Assembly (NCBI GenBank): GCA_051362555.1
Contig: CM120641.1
Coordinates: 9,052,001 to 9,116,000, forward strand
Direction: 5' to 3'
Source: Lingula anatina
Lineage: Eukaryota; Animalia; Brachiopoda
DNA: 64,000 bases
A program made the position numbers and the translations under genes. Positions 63,141 to 64,000 of the stretch are shown piece by piece. Position 1 is the stretch's first letter. Every line of letters starts with the position of its first letter. The notes beneath the pieces were generated by a model. The model had not been told where the DNA came from. It saw only the letters and a list, made by a program, of their open reading frames with translations, and searched no databases.

Positions 63141-63582
63141 CACCCTGAGGTTCAGAGATAACTTGAAATAAACCTCTACTGTATAGCATACCCTTGCTGT
63201 TTCAAGTTACCTCTGACCAGATTCCTTAGGCCTGGTTGCCCACCACTCAAGTTTAAAGGCTGCCCCAAATGACCCATTGAAGGATCTAGCCAATAAACAA
63301 AAATGAGTCAAAGCATGGTTCGTTCAAATTCAGAAAAGGTAACAAAGATATATTTTGCTGCGCCAGAAAACAAACACATGCGTTGCCCTTGTCTCATTGG
63401 ATATATTTCTAGACTTCTATCCAATCAGTGTTTTCACCAAACTTTGGAGAAAGATCTTGAAAACATGAAATTGATTGATTTAATAAACTAGGTCAAAACG
63501 AATCTGGTCAGAGGTAACTTGAAACAGCAAAGGTTGCTATAGTGTAGAAGTTTGTTTCAAGTTATCTCTGAAGCTCAGAGTA
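63141..63582. mobile_element. MULE-like MITE with about 84-bp TIRs and imperfect 9-bp TSD
   Basis: ACCCTGAGGTTCAGAGATAACTTGAAA...CTCTGACCAGATTC mirrored at 63500-63581. Flanks TTTGTTTGC and TGTGTTTGC. Confidence 0.8.
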
Positions 63583-63756
63583 TGTGTTTGCTAGCTTCAC
63601 TGTATAGTTATCAAGTTAAAACTTAATTGCTCTGAATTAAATGCAAGAAAGGATTAAGTATAATGTGCAACTTGAGTCCCTGAAATGCCCCTATTTTTCA
63701 GATAGATTATTCTAAATTGAGCAATGGAAATGTCATTGTTTTTAAGAATTATTTAA

Positions 63757-64000
63757 CCCCATAGCGCCATAAAACCACACATATGTGGTTCATTTTTAAA
63801 AATCCCCAGTGCTGGCAACCACCAAAACGTAGTTTCTGTGTTTACATGCTCTTACTTTCCCCTGTCGTTTGTAACAATTCATGCTTCCATCACAAGAGTA
63901 ACCTGATGTTCTTTGTTTACTACCGGCTTTTGAAAGGCGTTTGACGAGTTTTAGATAACGGAAAAGCAATTTACTTCAACCCTTGTCGAGGCGCTAAGAA
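63757..64000. mobile_element. Possible left end of a piggyBac-like element
   Basis: TTAA|CCCCATAGCGCC start followed by CpG-richer sequence. The other end is not in the window. Confidence 0.35.

Overview
AT-rich, intron-rich animal genomic DNA, probably from a marine invertebrate such as a lophotrochozoan (inferred from gene structure and repeat types). Six multi-exon genes form three consecutive head-to-head pairs: TARBP1(-)/FCF1(+), ABCG5(-)/ABCG8(+) and ZFYVE19(-)/PNPT1(+, runs past the window end). The most striking element is an intact, intronless, bacterial-type diaminopimelate-epimerase (DapF)-like gene nested antisense in PNPT1 intron 1. It keeps both catalytic cysteines but has a remodelled substrate pocket and a basic insertion, so it is a candidate horizontally acquired, neofunctionalised racemase/epimerase in an animal. 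The ABCG5/ABCG8 pair has canonical motifs at both ATP sites, unlike the asymmetric mammalian heterodimer. Introns hold two decayed hAT elements with 5- and 6-bp TSDs, several MITEs (one sitting directly against an ABCG8 splice acceptor) and large Helentron/HINE-like arrays with 161- and 337-bp tandem monomers. All exon coordinates were read by eye and are approximate.
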